Shown here: one piece after another, positions 16,927 to 24,890 of the stretch
Layout: each line of letters begins with the position of its first letter
How positions within the stretch are numbered: position 1 is the stretch's first letter
Assembly: GCA_026391215.1 (NCBI GenBank)
Contig: JAPLDX010000132.1
Location: forward strand, 1 to 25,093
Length of the DNA: 25,093 nucleotides
Source: Bacteroidia bacterium
GTDB taxonomy: Bacteria > Bacteroidota > Bacteroidia > Bacteroidales > VadinHA17
Direction: 5' to 3'
Program-made: the position numbers and the translations under genes
The notes under the pieces: model-generated
The model's database searches: none
The model's input: only the letters and a program-made list of their open reading frames with translations
Told to the model about the DNA's origin: nothing

Positions 16927-17988
16927 TCAGATATTTAACAGACTGTGAGAATTTATTTTTGTCACTGTTCCGTTAATTTCATATTTCTTCTCCGGATCAT
17001 ATTCATATCCGATTTTTTCAAGCAATGGTTCACAATCGATCTGGTGCATCTGCAATCCCAGATCCCAGGGATCGTAACCCAGAACAAGCCCGGCTACCTC
17101 TTCGTATGTGAATACAGGAATACCCTCACCATTACAACCATATGTTTTGCCTTCCATTTCATTAATCACATACTGCCACCTGTCTAAAAACATAGGACAT
17201 CCAGGGCAGTTAGTGATAATCATATCGGGTTTATAGGGCTGCATTGATTCAAACTTCTGCTTCGAGCAGGCAATTGAAAAGCCCCTGTTAGCCTGTACCA
17301 GGTATTGTCTGAAGCCAAAACCACAGCAATGTCTCCGTTCGGGATAGTCAATGACTTGTCCTCCCCATTCTTCTATCATTCCTGCAAGAACATAAGGATA
17401 TTCTGCGCCACCGACACCCTTTAAAGGAAACATTTTAGAATAATGGCATCCTATATGATCCACAACTTTAAGAGGTTCACCGGTATTTTTATTTACTAAC
17501 TTATATTTAGCTTTTGCACCTATTTCTTTTCTGAATTTATATATGACATCACTTGCATGAGCCAGATTTTCAGGAATTTCAAATTCCCTCCCTGTGGCCT
17601 TTTTAAGCTGCTTCCTGACTTTACCCTCAACCTCCGGAAAATGGTGCCATGTTTCAAGGATTTCGGTATAAAGACCAAATGAAGTAATGCAGGAAGGGAC
17701 ATAGTTTTTATAACCTGCCTCAGTCATTAATGCAAACTGCCTTGCAACAACGGTCATCGCTGTCTCAACCGGAACAACGTCTCCATGATATCCAATGCCG
17801 GAACAGGTCGTATGACATGGATGTTCGTAGACATCCTTACCAAGCTCTTCCCTCATTATACGCAGAAAAGCAACCTCAGATCCGGGGAAGAAATTTTGCC
17901 TTATACAGCTTCTTACATAGAAGTATCTGTCATCAGCTATCTCTTTCTGATATTCACTCCATATAGCTCTTTTTCCTTCAATTTTCAT
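16927..17988 (-). CDS. hdrB: Heterodisulfide reductase subunit B-like CCG-domain protein
   Basis: Non-canonical first domain (RSCIRQ, TTCSG, SCITS). Canonical second domain (HIGCHY, HCCGFG, NCPGC). Ends with typical LVLGYDP...LGLQMH. Confidence 0.88.
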   Translation of the reverse strand: MKIEGKRAIWSEYQKEIADDRYFYVRSCIRQNFFPGSEVAFLRIMREELGKDVYEHPCHTTCSGIGYHGDVVPVETAMTVVARQFALMTEAGYKNYVPSCITSFGLYTEILETWHHFPEVEGKVRKQLKKATGREFEIPENLAHASDVIYKFRKEIGAKAKYKLVNKNTGEPLKVVDHIGCHYSKMFPLKGVGGAEYPYVLAGMIEEWGGQVIDYPERRHCCGFGFRQYLVQANRGFSIACSKQKFESMQPYKPDMIITNCPGCPMFLDRWQYVINEMEGKTYGCNGEGIPVFTYEEVAGLVLGYDPWDLGLQMHQIDCEPLLEKIGYEYDPEKKYEINGTVTKINSHSLLNI

Positions 17989-17993
17989 TCTGA

Positions 17994-18704
17994 TTATTGC
18001 TTTGTGTGCGACCCGTTATTGGTCTTGTAAATATGCCTGAAATACTCATTATCATTGGTTTCATCAAGTTGAAGGTTCAATTCCTCAGCCTTTTTCATTG
18101 AAGAAGACTCAATCTTTTCATATCGTTTTAGAGCTCCTGTCACTTCAAAAATCTTTTTTAGTTCATCAAGTGATTCTTGTGGAATTTTTCTTAAGATCCC
18201 AGGGCCAGATCCTTTATAATTTCCACCAAGCCGGTTTACAAGTTCTTTACGGTTTTCATAAACCCATTCCCAGTTTGGTCCCTGTTCAGGGTGAAGAGGA
18301 GGTGTAAGCATATCAATATAAACACAGTAACCGGTGCTGAGAATAGATTCCCCAACAGTTCTCTTAATAGCCAGTTGTTGTCTCCCCTTCTCTGATTCAA
18401 CAAAAAAACCAAGATCCTGTGATAATCCGCGTAATGCCATTATTACTAATCCTGGTGCATTACCTCGCGGACATCGTGTTTTACATGACATACATTCTCC
18501 ACAATACCATATTACTTCAGACTTAAGCAGTTTTTCAATTTCATCATTATCACCCGATTGAACAATATCCACAATTTGGCGTGGATCATAATTATAAAAC
18601 TCGGCTGCCGGGCAAATAGCAGTGCAAACGCCACAGTTCATGCAGGCATTCAGTCCCTCTTCAAACCTGATGTCCTGCATCAGCATTTCATAGTAATTTA
18701 CCAT
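17994..18704 (-). CDS. hdrC: Heterodisulfide reductase subunit C-like Fe-S protein with long C-terminal extension
   Basis: CMNCGVCTAICP and IWYCGECMSCKTRCPRG. First gene of the - strand operon. Confidence 0.88.
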   Translation of the reverse strand: MVNYYEMLMQDIRFEEGLNACMNCGVCTAICPAAEFYNYDPRQIVDIVQSGDNDEIEKLLKSEVIWYCGECMSCKTRCPRGNAPGLVIMALRGLSQDLGFFVESEKGRQQLAIKRTVGESILSTGYCVYIDMLTPPLHPEQGPNWEWVYENRKELVNRLGGNYKGSGPGILRKIPQESLDELKKIFEVTGALKRYEKIESSSMKKAEELNLQLDETNDNEYFRHIYKTNNGSHTKQ

Positions 18705-18722
18705 TTCAGGATCTTGACTTTG

Positions 18723-18740
18723 CTGTTAATTGATTAACAC
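18723..18740. promoter_or_regulatory. Rex-like operator palindrome upstream of the hdr-like operon
   Basis: cTGTTAATTGATTAACAc: perfect IR TGTTAAT/ATTAACA, 12/14 match to TTGTTAA-N4-TTAACAA. Abuts the -7 box on its downstream side. Confidence 0.65.
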
Positions 18741-18747
18741 AAAAGTA
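18740..18747 (-). promoter_or_regulatory. Bacteroidota -7 promoter element (TACTTTTG) of the hdr-like operon
   Basis: Reverse complement of CAAAAGTA matches TAnnTTTG, 35 nt upstream of the hdrC ATG. Confidence 0.6.
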
Positions 18748-18814
18748 TATTGTGTCCGCGAAACAGGTAAGACGATTAAAGCCTATTTTAGGTGTGGTAT
18801 TTATACTTAGAGAA

Positions 18815-18894
18815 AACGGTGCAACGGTACAACGGTACAACGGTGCGACAGTGCAACGGGTCAGCGGTGCGACTGTGCAATGATGCAATGGTAA
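18815..18894. repeat. Tandem array of ten degenerate 8-bp units (consensus AACGGTGC)
   Basis: AACGGTGC AACGGTAC AACGGTAC AACGGTGC GACAGTGC AACGGGTC AGCGGTGC GACTGTGC AATGATGC AATGGTAA. Confidence 0.9.
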
Positions 18895-18900
18895 ATGGTT

Positions 18901-19509
18901 TTAAGGGCAATTGCAGGGTTTGTATTTCCTCCTGCCGTTCAGCTTTTCGTTGATCTTGTAAGTCAGGAAGGCCGAACCGGCACCAATAAGCGCTCCTGCA
19001 AGCACATCCGAGGGATAATGAACACCAACCTCCATTCTGGAATATGCAACTGTCCCGGCCCATGCAAAAGAGGGAACGATTACATACCATTCAGGATATG
19101 CCAGGCTTAAAGATGTGGCCGTTTCAAATGCAGATGAGGTATGTCCCGATGGGAAGGACGGACTTATAACATCCATTTTTTTCATAATATCGGGATAGGT
19201 TTCATATGGGCGGTCACGGTTAACAGTATATTTCAGTGCCGCGCTGATTCCAAAACTGAATGCAGTGCCCACTGCTATCACACAGGCATTTCTCACCATT
19301 TCTTTATCATCTTTTATAAGTCCTGCCGTTACAATGCCAGCAGGCACACCAATGACAACATAAGCCTCTGACCGCGACATGAACCTGAAGAAATTGTCTG
19401 CCGGAAGAACTTCCGGAGAATTTATTGACCTTAACAACCGGATGTCAATATTCTGAGAATAGAGACCTATCGATGTAAATAATGATATTATCAGAAAAAT
19501 AGCCTTCAT
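18901..19509 (-). CDS. PAP2 family phosphatase
   Basis: All three PAP2 motifs present: KYTVNRDRP, PSGH and SRMEVGVHYPSD. N-terminal signal peptide and TM helices. Confidence 0.93.
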   Translation of the reverse strand: MKAIFLIISLFTSIGLYSQNIDIRLLRSINSPEVLPADNFFRFMSRSEAYVVIGVPAGIVTAGLIKDDKEMVRNACVIAVGTAFSFGISAALKYTVNRDRPYETYPDIMKKMDVISPSFPSGHTSSAFETATSLSLAYPEWYVIVPSFAWAGTVAYSRMEVGVHYPSDVLAGALIGAGSAFLTYKINEKLNGRRKYKPCNCP

Positions 19510-19521
19510 AATTTATTGTCC

Positions 19522-19618
19522 TGCAAGTCATTCAAGTCATGCAAGTCGTGCAAATCATGCAGGCCTTTTCCCCTTGAGAGACTTGCACGACTGCAAGACC
19601 GGCAAGACTGGCAAGACC
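19522..19618. repeat. 9-bp tandem/inverted repeat cluster (consensus TGCAAGTCA / GGCAAGACC)
   Basis: Five units at 19522-19566 (TGCAAGTCA TTCAAGTCA TGCAAGTCG TGCAAATCA TGCAGGCCT), an inverted unit GACTTGCACGAC at 19580-19591, then TGCAAGACC GGCAAGACT GGCAAGACC at 19592-19618. Confidence 0.85.
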
Positions 19619-20050
19619 TTATTTCAGTTTGGTCTTGATATCAATCAGTTTCTTTATAGTTACAACATCAGACTGATCCGCCATTTTCGTTGTTATTGCC
19701 CTGATCTTGCCATAATGCTTGCCACCTGTAAAATCATCCTTTACAGATTTTGGTATATCGCTGGCAAGTATTACAGGTTCTGCTTTATCTCCAAAATAGA
19801 AAGTCACCCTGAAAGTATCCTTCATCACAGCCAGCCAGAAGATTGTCTTCTTTTTCAGGACCATTTTAAAAAGCCATTGCTTCCCGTCATTATAATAATT
19901 CCAGCTGCCCAAAGAATCCTTATAATTTTCTGACATATAATCCATTATACTTTTCCACAGAGCCTTCTTAATTCCGATAATTGAAAATATGTACTCATCT
20001 GTTGGTTCGACCTGCTTGTCGGATAAAACATAAACTTCTTTTTCTGCCAT
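19619..20050 (-). CDS. DUF3788 family protein
   Basis: 143-aa ORF with WNYYNDGKQWLFK..KKKTIFWL...FRVTFYFG pattern and C-terminal KLIDIK. Confidence 0.75.
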   Translation of the reverse strand: MAEKEVYVLSDKQVEPTDEYIFSIIGIKKALWKSIMDYMSENYKDSLGSWNYYNDGKQWLFKMVLKKKTIFWLAVMKDTFRVTFYFGDKAEPVILASDIPKSVKDDFTGGKHYGKIRAITTKMADQSDVVTIKKLIDIKTKLK

Positions 20051-20100
20051 AATTTAATATTTTCTCAATTTTTCTGAAACACCTGAAAAAGTCTTTTTTT

Positions 20101-20176
20101 CCCACCCCTAAATCCCCCAAGGGGGACTTTCAGATATCCAGATAGTCATAATGCCCCCCCTGGGGGGTTGGGGGGT
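20101..20176. repeat. Second REP-like G/C-tract element
   Basis: CCCACCCCTAAATCCCCCAAGGGGGACT (20101-20128) faces CCCCCCCTGGGGGGTTGGGGGGT (20154-20176). Same architecture as 3954-4049. Confidence 0.8.
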
Positions 20177-21039
20177 ACAATATTTTTATTCGTTTCCTTC
20201 AATGAAGTAACGCTTCCAAACCTCCAGGCTTTAAGAAGTGTTTTAATATAAAACAGAATTTGTGTTGTAATAAAGAGAAGGAAAACACCTCCTCCTGTAA
20301 CAGGTGTCCATGATCTGATAACGAGAATGACCAGCGCTCCGAAAAGAAGCTGAATCACCATGAGTATCAGCATCATCGGGAAAGACGATGCGAAATGACC
20401 GAATGTTTCACTGAATCCAAATCCCAGGGCTTTAAAGAATGCAGGCTTTTCAGAGGATACCAGCCAGGCCCTTGCATAATCGGCAACAAGCAGAAAAATA
20501 ACTTCTGCCATGGAAAATACCAGCACAGCAATGATCCCTATGATGAAGGTCATCGGACCGGGTGTTCCCGACTGCAATGTTAATCCAACAGGAAGACCAA
20601 CAATAAGGAATGCAAAGAAAATAATCATGAAAATGATCATGAAATATAAGCCAAGAAAATACCAGAAATACCTGGCCGAAGCCCTGAAAAAGCACGGAAC
20701 TGAGATTATATCTTTTGAACCTTTTATGCTTTGGAAAAGACCTCCGGCAAAAAATGTGTTTAGAAGTATACCCAGGAAGATCACAAAGAAAAATCCTGAG
20801 AAGAAGTATGAAGCCAGGCTTGCCAGATACGGGCCAAGGTCACTTATCACTTCAATATCCAATCCGTCCCGCAACCTTTCAGTTATCATGCTGCTTCCGA
20901 ACCCTGTTCTCATTGTACCTTTCATCGGGATTACAAATACTGATATAAGTATCAGAGAGAAGAACCAGATTATTAGTACACCCTTCCATGATCTTAATGA
21001 CCGCAGGGCACCTGATGACAAAGATTTAAAAATCTTCAT
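20146..21039 (-). CDS. Hypothetical polytopic membrane protein
   Basis: 297 aa with about 6 hydrophobic helices. Starts 11 bp after the M1 peptidase stop codon. Confidence 0.85.
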   Translation of the reverse strand: MKIFKSLSSGALRSLRSWKGVLIIWFFSLILISVFVIPMKGTMRTGFGSSMITERLRDGLDIEVISDLGPYLASLASYFFSGFFFVIFLGILLNTFFAGGLFQSIKGSKDIISVPCFFRASARYFWYFLGLYFMIIFMIIFFAFLIVGLPVGLTLQSGTPGPMTFIIGIIAVLVFSMAEVIFLLVADYARAWLVSSEKPAFFKALGFGFSETFGHFASSFPMMLILMVIQLLFGALVILVIRSWTPVTGGGVFLLFITTQILFYIKTLLKAWRFGSVTSLKETNKNIVPPNPPGGAL

Positions 21040-21050
21040 AACGTCTTAAT

Positions 21051-23018
21051 TTACAGTGTTATAGCACTAATATATAATTGCATCAGAAAAATTAACTTGT
21101 CGGCAAAGCGACGAATGAGTACACGGTCAGGATCTTCAGTTCTGGAGTTATTAATGAAGTTCACATCCATCCTGTTTTTATATTCCGGATCTATCTTAAC
21201 CCATTCTATCTTTCCGTGTCCCAGGTATGTGAAATCCTTATAACGGGCTTTCCCATCCCAGTTTTCAAGGATCTCATCGCCATTCTTAAAATGAACCAGA
21301 ACATCCACAGGGAGCATGACCTCTCCAAGCCTTTCCATCTGGACAACCGCTTTATAGAGTGAATCATTCAAGGGAAGACCTTTGGAGAGTGAATCGTTCT
21401 CCTGCATTTTCTTTTCAGAAGGAAGCTTCTTATTTATAAGGTTTGACACCCTGTAATCACATATACCGGTGCCATAAAGTGTCTCGTCAAAAAACCAGTT
21501 CATATCTGCTCCGAACTTATCTCCATAAGTCTTTGTAACGACTTCATTGACAACATTAACAAAGTCTTTTCCCGAAGGATGCCTGAATGCCCATTTTCTG
21601 TAATATTCCCTGAAAACTTCATTTGTCGTTTTCTCGCCGATAACTCCCATTAATGAGTAAAGCCATGTCGCAGCTTTATTATACGACATCATTCCATAGG
21701 TTCCGTGCGGATAATTCCAGGAATACTCATTATTACTGACCACCTGCCTGTTGTCAGATTTGGTATAGGTTAATCTTGAATAGGCTTTATCAGGTATTTT
21801 TAGGTAACGATAGTCCATCAATCCTGAGTTTTCTCCATAGTAGTGATCCATGATCCTTGCCTCCCAGAATGAATTAATTCCCTCATCCATCCATGGCTCC
21901 TCAAATTCATTGGATGCCAGAATCCCCATAAAATAAGCATGTCCGAATTCGTGGACGGTAACCATTTCACCCATATGCATCCATTCAGGCATTCGGTCAG
22001 CCGACATTGAAGTAAACAGGGTTGTATATTCCATTCCGCTGGCCCCCGATCCTATAGTCGGCGGATCAACAAAAGTGAGGTGCGGCCATGGGAAAGGACC
22101 AACGTTTTTTGTCAGGTATTCGAGAGCATTTTTTACTGCAGTAAATTGCCTGTCAACCTGTTTAACCCTTGCTTCAGGTAAAAGAAGCGTTATACTGACA
22201 TGTTCCCACTTATCAGTAAATACCTTATATCCCGGCCATGCTGTCCATGCAAAATCAACTATATCCTCCGCCCTCAGGGTCAGTGTCTTCAAATTGCTGT
22301 CAGCAACAGATTCATTTATAAGCATCCCTCCGGAACCCACAACATATCTCTCTGGTAAGGTGATCTTGACATCATAAACACTATGGTTGGCATAGAATTC
22401 GGAGTTCACATGGAACTGATGGCAGTTCCATCCGCTTTGAGATCTCTGCCGCATTCCGGAAGGCTCATATACTCCGAATTTGGGAAACCACTGGGCTACA
22501 AAAAAGTATTCGCCGGAAAAGCCTGTTCTCCTGATCCTTGACGGCAGCTTTGTCTCAAAATCCACATTGATAAAGACCGTATCGCCGGGTCTGGCAGGTT
22601 TTGGAAGAATCACCTGAAGAACGGTGCTGTCAGCAGAATTGGCATCATCGGGATGGATATAATGAATCAATGGCATCAGGTCGGTTCCATTCCCGTCAGT
22701 GAAGGAGCTTATGTTTATCCACCCAAGGTCCAAATCCTTTTTGCCTGGTGATCCTCCTGATTCTTTATACAGTGTTGAATTTCTGCTCCTGAAAGCATTC
22801 ATATACATATGAAGCTGGATATCAGGCACTGTCCCGGATGACGTATTTACCCAGAAGGCTTTCATTGTTCCGGAAACGGTCTTCGCTGCAGTATCGAGTT
22901 TTACGTCAATGTTATAGCCGGTGATCCTTGGACTCAGGGGTTCCTTGTTAATGATCTGGGAATGAAGGGAACCGGCAAAAGTCAATAATACGACAAATGG
23001 CATTACCTTTTTTTTCAT
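21051..23018 (-). CDS. M1 family metallopeptidase (secreted)
   Basis: Signal peptide, AQWFPK, GASGMEY (GAMEN-like) and VHEFGH-x18-E (WMDEG) zinc motif. Catalytic Tyr region SYNKAA. Confidence 0.93.
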   Translation of the reverse strand: MKKKVMPFVVLLTFAGSLHSQIINKEPLSPRITGYNIDVKLDTAAKTVSGTMKAFWVNTSSGTVPDIQLHMYMNAFRSRNSTLYKESGGSPGKKDLDLGWINISSFTDGNGTDLMPLIHYIHPDDANSADSTVLQVILPKPARPGDTVFINVDFETKLPSRIRRTGFSGEYFFVAQWFPKFGVYEPSGMRQRSQSGWNCHQFHVNSEFYANHSVYDVKITLPERYVVGSGGMLINESVADSNLKTLTLRAEDIVDFAWTAWPGYKVFTDKWEHVSITLLLPEARVKQVDRQFTAVKNALEYLTKNVGPFPWPHLTFVDPPTIGSGASGMEYTTLFTSMSADRMPEWMHMGEMVTVHEFGHAYFMGILASNEFEEPWMDEGINSFWEARIMDHYYGENSGLMDYRYLKIPDKAYSRLTYTKSDNRQVVSNNEYSWNYPHGTYGMMSYNKAATWLYSLMGVIGEKTTNEVFREYYRKWAFRHPSGKDFVNVVNEVVTKTYGDKFGADMNWFFDETLYGTGICDYRVSNLINKKLPSEKKMQENDSLSKGLPLNDSLYKAVVQMERLGEVMLPVDVLVHFKNGDEILENWDGKARYKDFTYLGHGKIEWVKIDPEYKNRMDVNFINNSRTEDPDRVLIRRFADKLIFLMQLYISAITL

Positions 23019-23045
23019 CTGAGTAAATGATTTATGACTATCCTG

Positions 23046-23435
23046 CTATTGATTTTCCACTGGTTCTTTTATCAGCGTCAGAGGGATAACTCCTTCACTA
23101 AAGACAGCATTACCGGTCATTGTTGAATTGTCGTTCATCTTAAGATTAACCGATACACTATCAGTTTCAATCCAGATATAGAAATGGATAGAATCATTTT
23201 GAATCTTTACTTTTTCACCCGTAAGGGTATAATCCATATTTGTCAATGAAATTAATGCAGTGTATTTCCCCTCAGCTGACAAAAAATCTATTGCCCCCGA
23301 AGTATAGCCTTCAGGAGCATATGGCGCATCAAATTTCCATTGGCCAACAGGATCTTTTTTCTCAATTACTGGTTGTGCCAGACCGGTCGAGGAAAAGAAA
23401 ACAAGAAGCATGATGAAAGGAAAAATCTTTTTCAT
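23046..23435 (-). CDS. Hypothetical secreted protein (probable start at 23435, MKKIFPF; ORF extends to 23465)
   Basis: Classical signal peptide MKKIFPFIMLLVFFSSTGLA-Q followed by a DPVGQWKF beta-rich domain. Confidence 0.75.
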   Translation of the reverse strand: MKKIFPFIMLLVFFSSTGLAQPVIEKKDPVGQWKFDAPYAPEGYTSGAIDFLSAEGKYTALISLTNMDYTLTGEKVKIQNDSIHFYIWIETDSVSVNLKMNDNSTMTGNAVFSEGVIPLTLIKEPVENQ

Positions 23436-23587
23436 ATATGATAATTTTAAATTAGAGAGATCCATTTAGTTCCGAAGGCTGAATTTACTTGATTTTTTTT
23501 ATCTGACCCGTTTTTTCTGAAAATGTATTAAAAACATCATAATTATCATATATTTAGTTTGAAAGGTGAACAAAATATACTTTTACA

Positions 23588-23605
23588 TTGTTAATTAAAT
23601 AACAA
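23588..23605. promoter_or_regulatory. Rex-like operator upstream of sqr
   Basis: TTGTTAATTAAATAACAA, 13/14 match to TTGTTAA-N4-TTAACAA. Preceded by a -7-like TACTTTTA (23578-23585) and 16 nt upstream of the ATG. Confidence 0.65.
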
Positions 23606-23621
23606 TAGATTAGAATTAAAC

Positions 23622-24854
23622 ATGAAAAATCTTGTAATTATCGGAGGAGGAACAGCCGGGACTACGATGGCAAACAAACTGGTAAAGTATCTCCCTGCGA
23701 ACAGATGGAAAATAACGATCATCGAAAGGGCAAAAGAACATTTTTATCAGCCCGGCTTTCTTTTTATCCCCTTTGGTTACTATAACAGGGATCAAATAGC
23801 AAAACCAACAAAGAAATTCTTTCCAAAAGGAATTGATGTCATCAATAATGAGGTAGATCGGATCGAGCCTGATAAAAACCTGGTAAATCTAAAAGATGGA
23901 AATTCAATTACTTATGATGTTCTTCTCATCGCAACAGGTACAAGAATAACCCCTGAGGATACACCTGGTCTTAAAGGTGAATTATGGCATAAGAATGTTT
24001 TTGATTTCTATACTATTGAAGGCGCTGAAGCTCTTGCAGGCTTTTTCAAAACCTGGGAAGGCGGCGACCTGGTGATCAACATAGCCGATAATCCTATAAA
24101 ATGTCCTGTAGCTCCTCTTGAATTTAGCTTTTATGCTGATGAATTTTTCCAAAAAAGAGGTATAAGGGACAAGGTAAAGATAACTTATGTAACCCCGATG
24201 TCAGGAGCTTTCACAAAACCGAAAGCCTCAAAATTTCTAGGATCTCTCATGGAGAGGAAGAATATTATTATTGTCACCGATTTTTTCCTTGGAGAAGTCG
24301 ATAATACAAATAAAAAGATCCTCGATTTTGGAGGCCGTGAGGTTCCATTTGACTGTCTGGTTACTATACCCCTTCATTCAGGAGATCCTGTAATCTCAAA
24401 AAGTGGATTGGGTGATGAATTTGGATTTGTAAAAGCCAATAAAAACACACTGCAATCCCTCAATTACCAGAATATTTTTGTAATTGGTGATGCATCAAAT
24501 CTTCCGACATCTAAAGCCGGATCAGTAGCTCATTTCCAGGCAGATATCCTTCATGAGAATATCCTGAGCTTTATTAATAATGAATCTTTAAAAGCTTCAT
24601 TTGACGGACATTCAAATTGTTATATTGAAACAGGTTATGGAAAAGGGATCCTGATTGATTTTAATTATGAAACAGAACCCTTGCCGGGAATGTTCCCATT
24701 ACCAGGTATTGGTCCTTTCACATTATTGAAAGAGAGTCGAATAAATCATTTGGGGAAACTGTTTTTTAAATGGATGTACTGGAATCTCCTCCTGCGAGGA
24801 AGATGGATTCCTATACCATCTAAAATGTCTATGAAAGGTAAGATTTCAGACTAA
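23622..24854 (+). CDS. sqr: Sulfide:quinone oxidoreductase (type III-like) flavoprotein
   Basis: IIGGGTAG, HFYQPGFLF, IKCPVAPLEF and FDGHSNCYIETG (the two active-site Cys), GDA..LP.SKAGS. Amphipathic C-terminus HLGKLFFKWMYWN. Confidence 0.88.
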   Translation: MKNLVIIGGGTAGTTMANKLVKYLPANRWKITIIERAKEHFYQPGFLFIPFGYYNRDQIAKPTKKFFPKGIDVINNEVDRIEPDKNLVNLKDGNSITYDVLLIATGTRITPEDTPGLKGELWHKNVFDFYTIEGAEALAGFFKTWEGGDLVINIADNPIKCPVAPLEFSFYADEFFQKRGIRDKVKITYVTPMSGAFTKPKASKFLGSLMERKNIIIVTDFFLGEVDNTNKKILDFGGREVPFDCLVTIPLHSGDPVISKSGLGDEFGFVKANKNTLQSLNYQNIFVIGDASNLPTSKAGSVAHFQADILHENILSFINNESLKASFDGHSNCYIETGYGKGILIDFNYETEPLPGMFPLPGIGPFTLLKESRINHLGKLFFKWMYWNLLLRGRWIPIPSKMSMKGKISD

Positions 24855-24890
24855 TATATTTATAATCAATAACTTAATAATCTCAATATT

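Noticed and set aside
16918-16929. hdrB TGA is in frame with the hdrA ATG (TGA TAT TTA ATG): possible selenocysteine or read-through fusion
   Set aside because: The TGA is not at a conserved Cys position, no SECIS-like hairpin is evident, and both proteins are complete. Similar in-frame spacing also occurs after TAA stops in this window.
18706-19090. ORFs 18706-18888 (repetitive CTVAP peptide) and 18788-19090 as Cys-rich peptides or RiPP precursors
   Set aside because: They are translations of the 8-bp DNA repeat (three units give an 8-aa period), run through the hdr promoter or overlap PAP2, and lie far from the rSAM gene.
18815-19618. Possible CRISPR array in the repeat clusters
   Set aside because: Units are 8-9 bp and contiguous with no unique spacers, and no cas genes are present.
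20510-21049. 179-aa Lys-rich + strand ORF
   Set aside because: Antisense shadow of the Phe/Leu-rich membrane protein gene.
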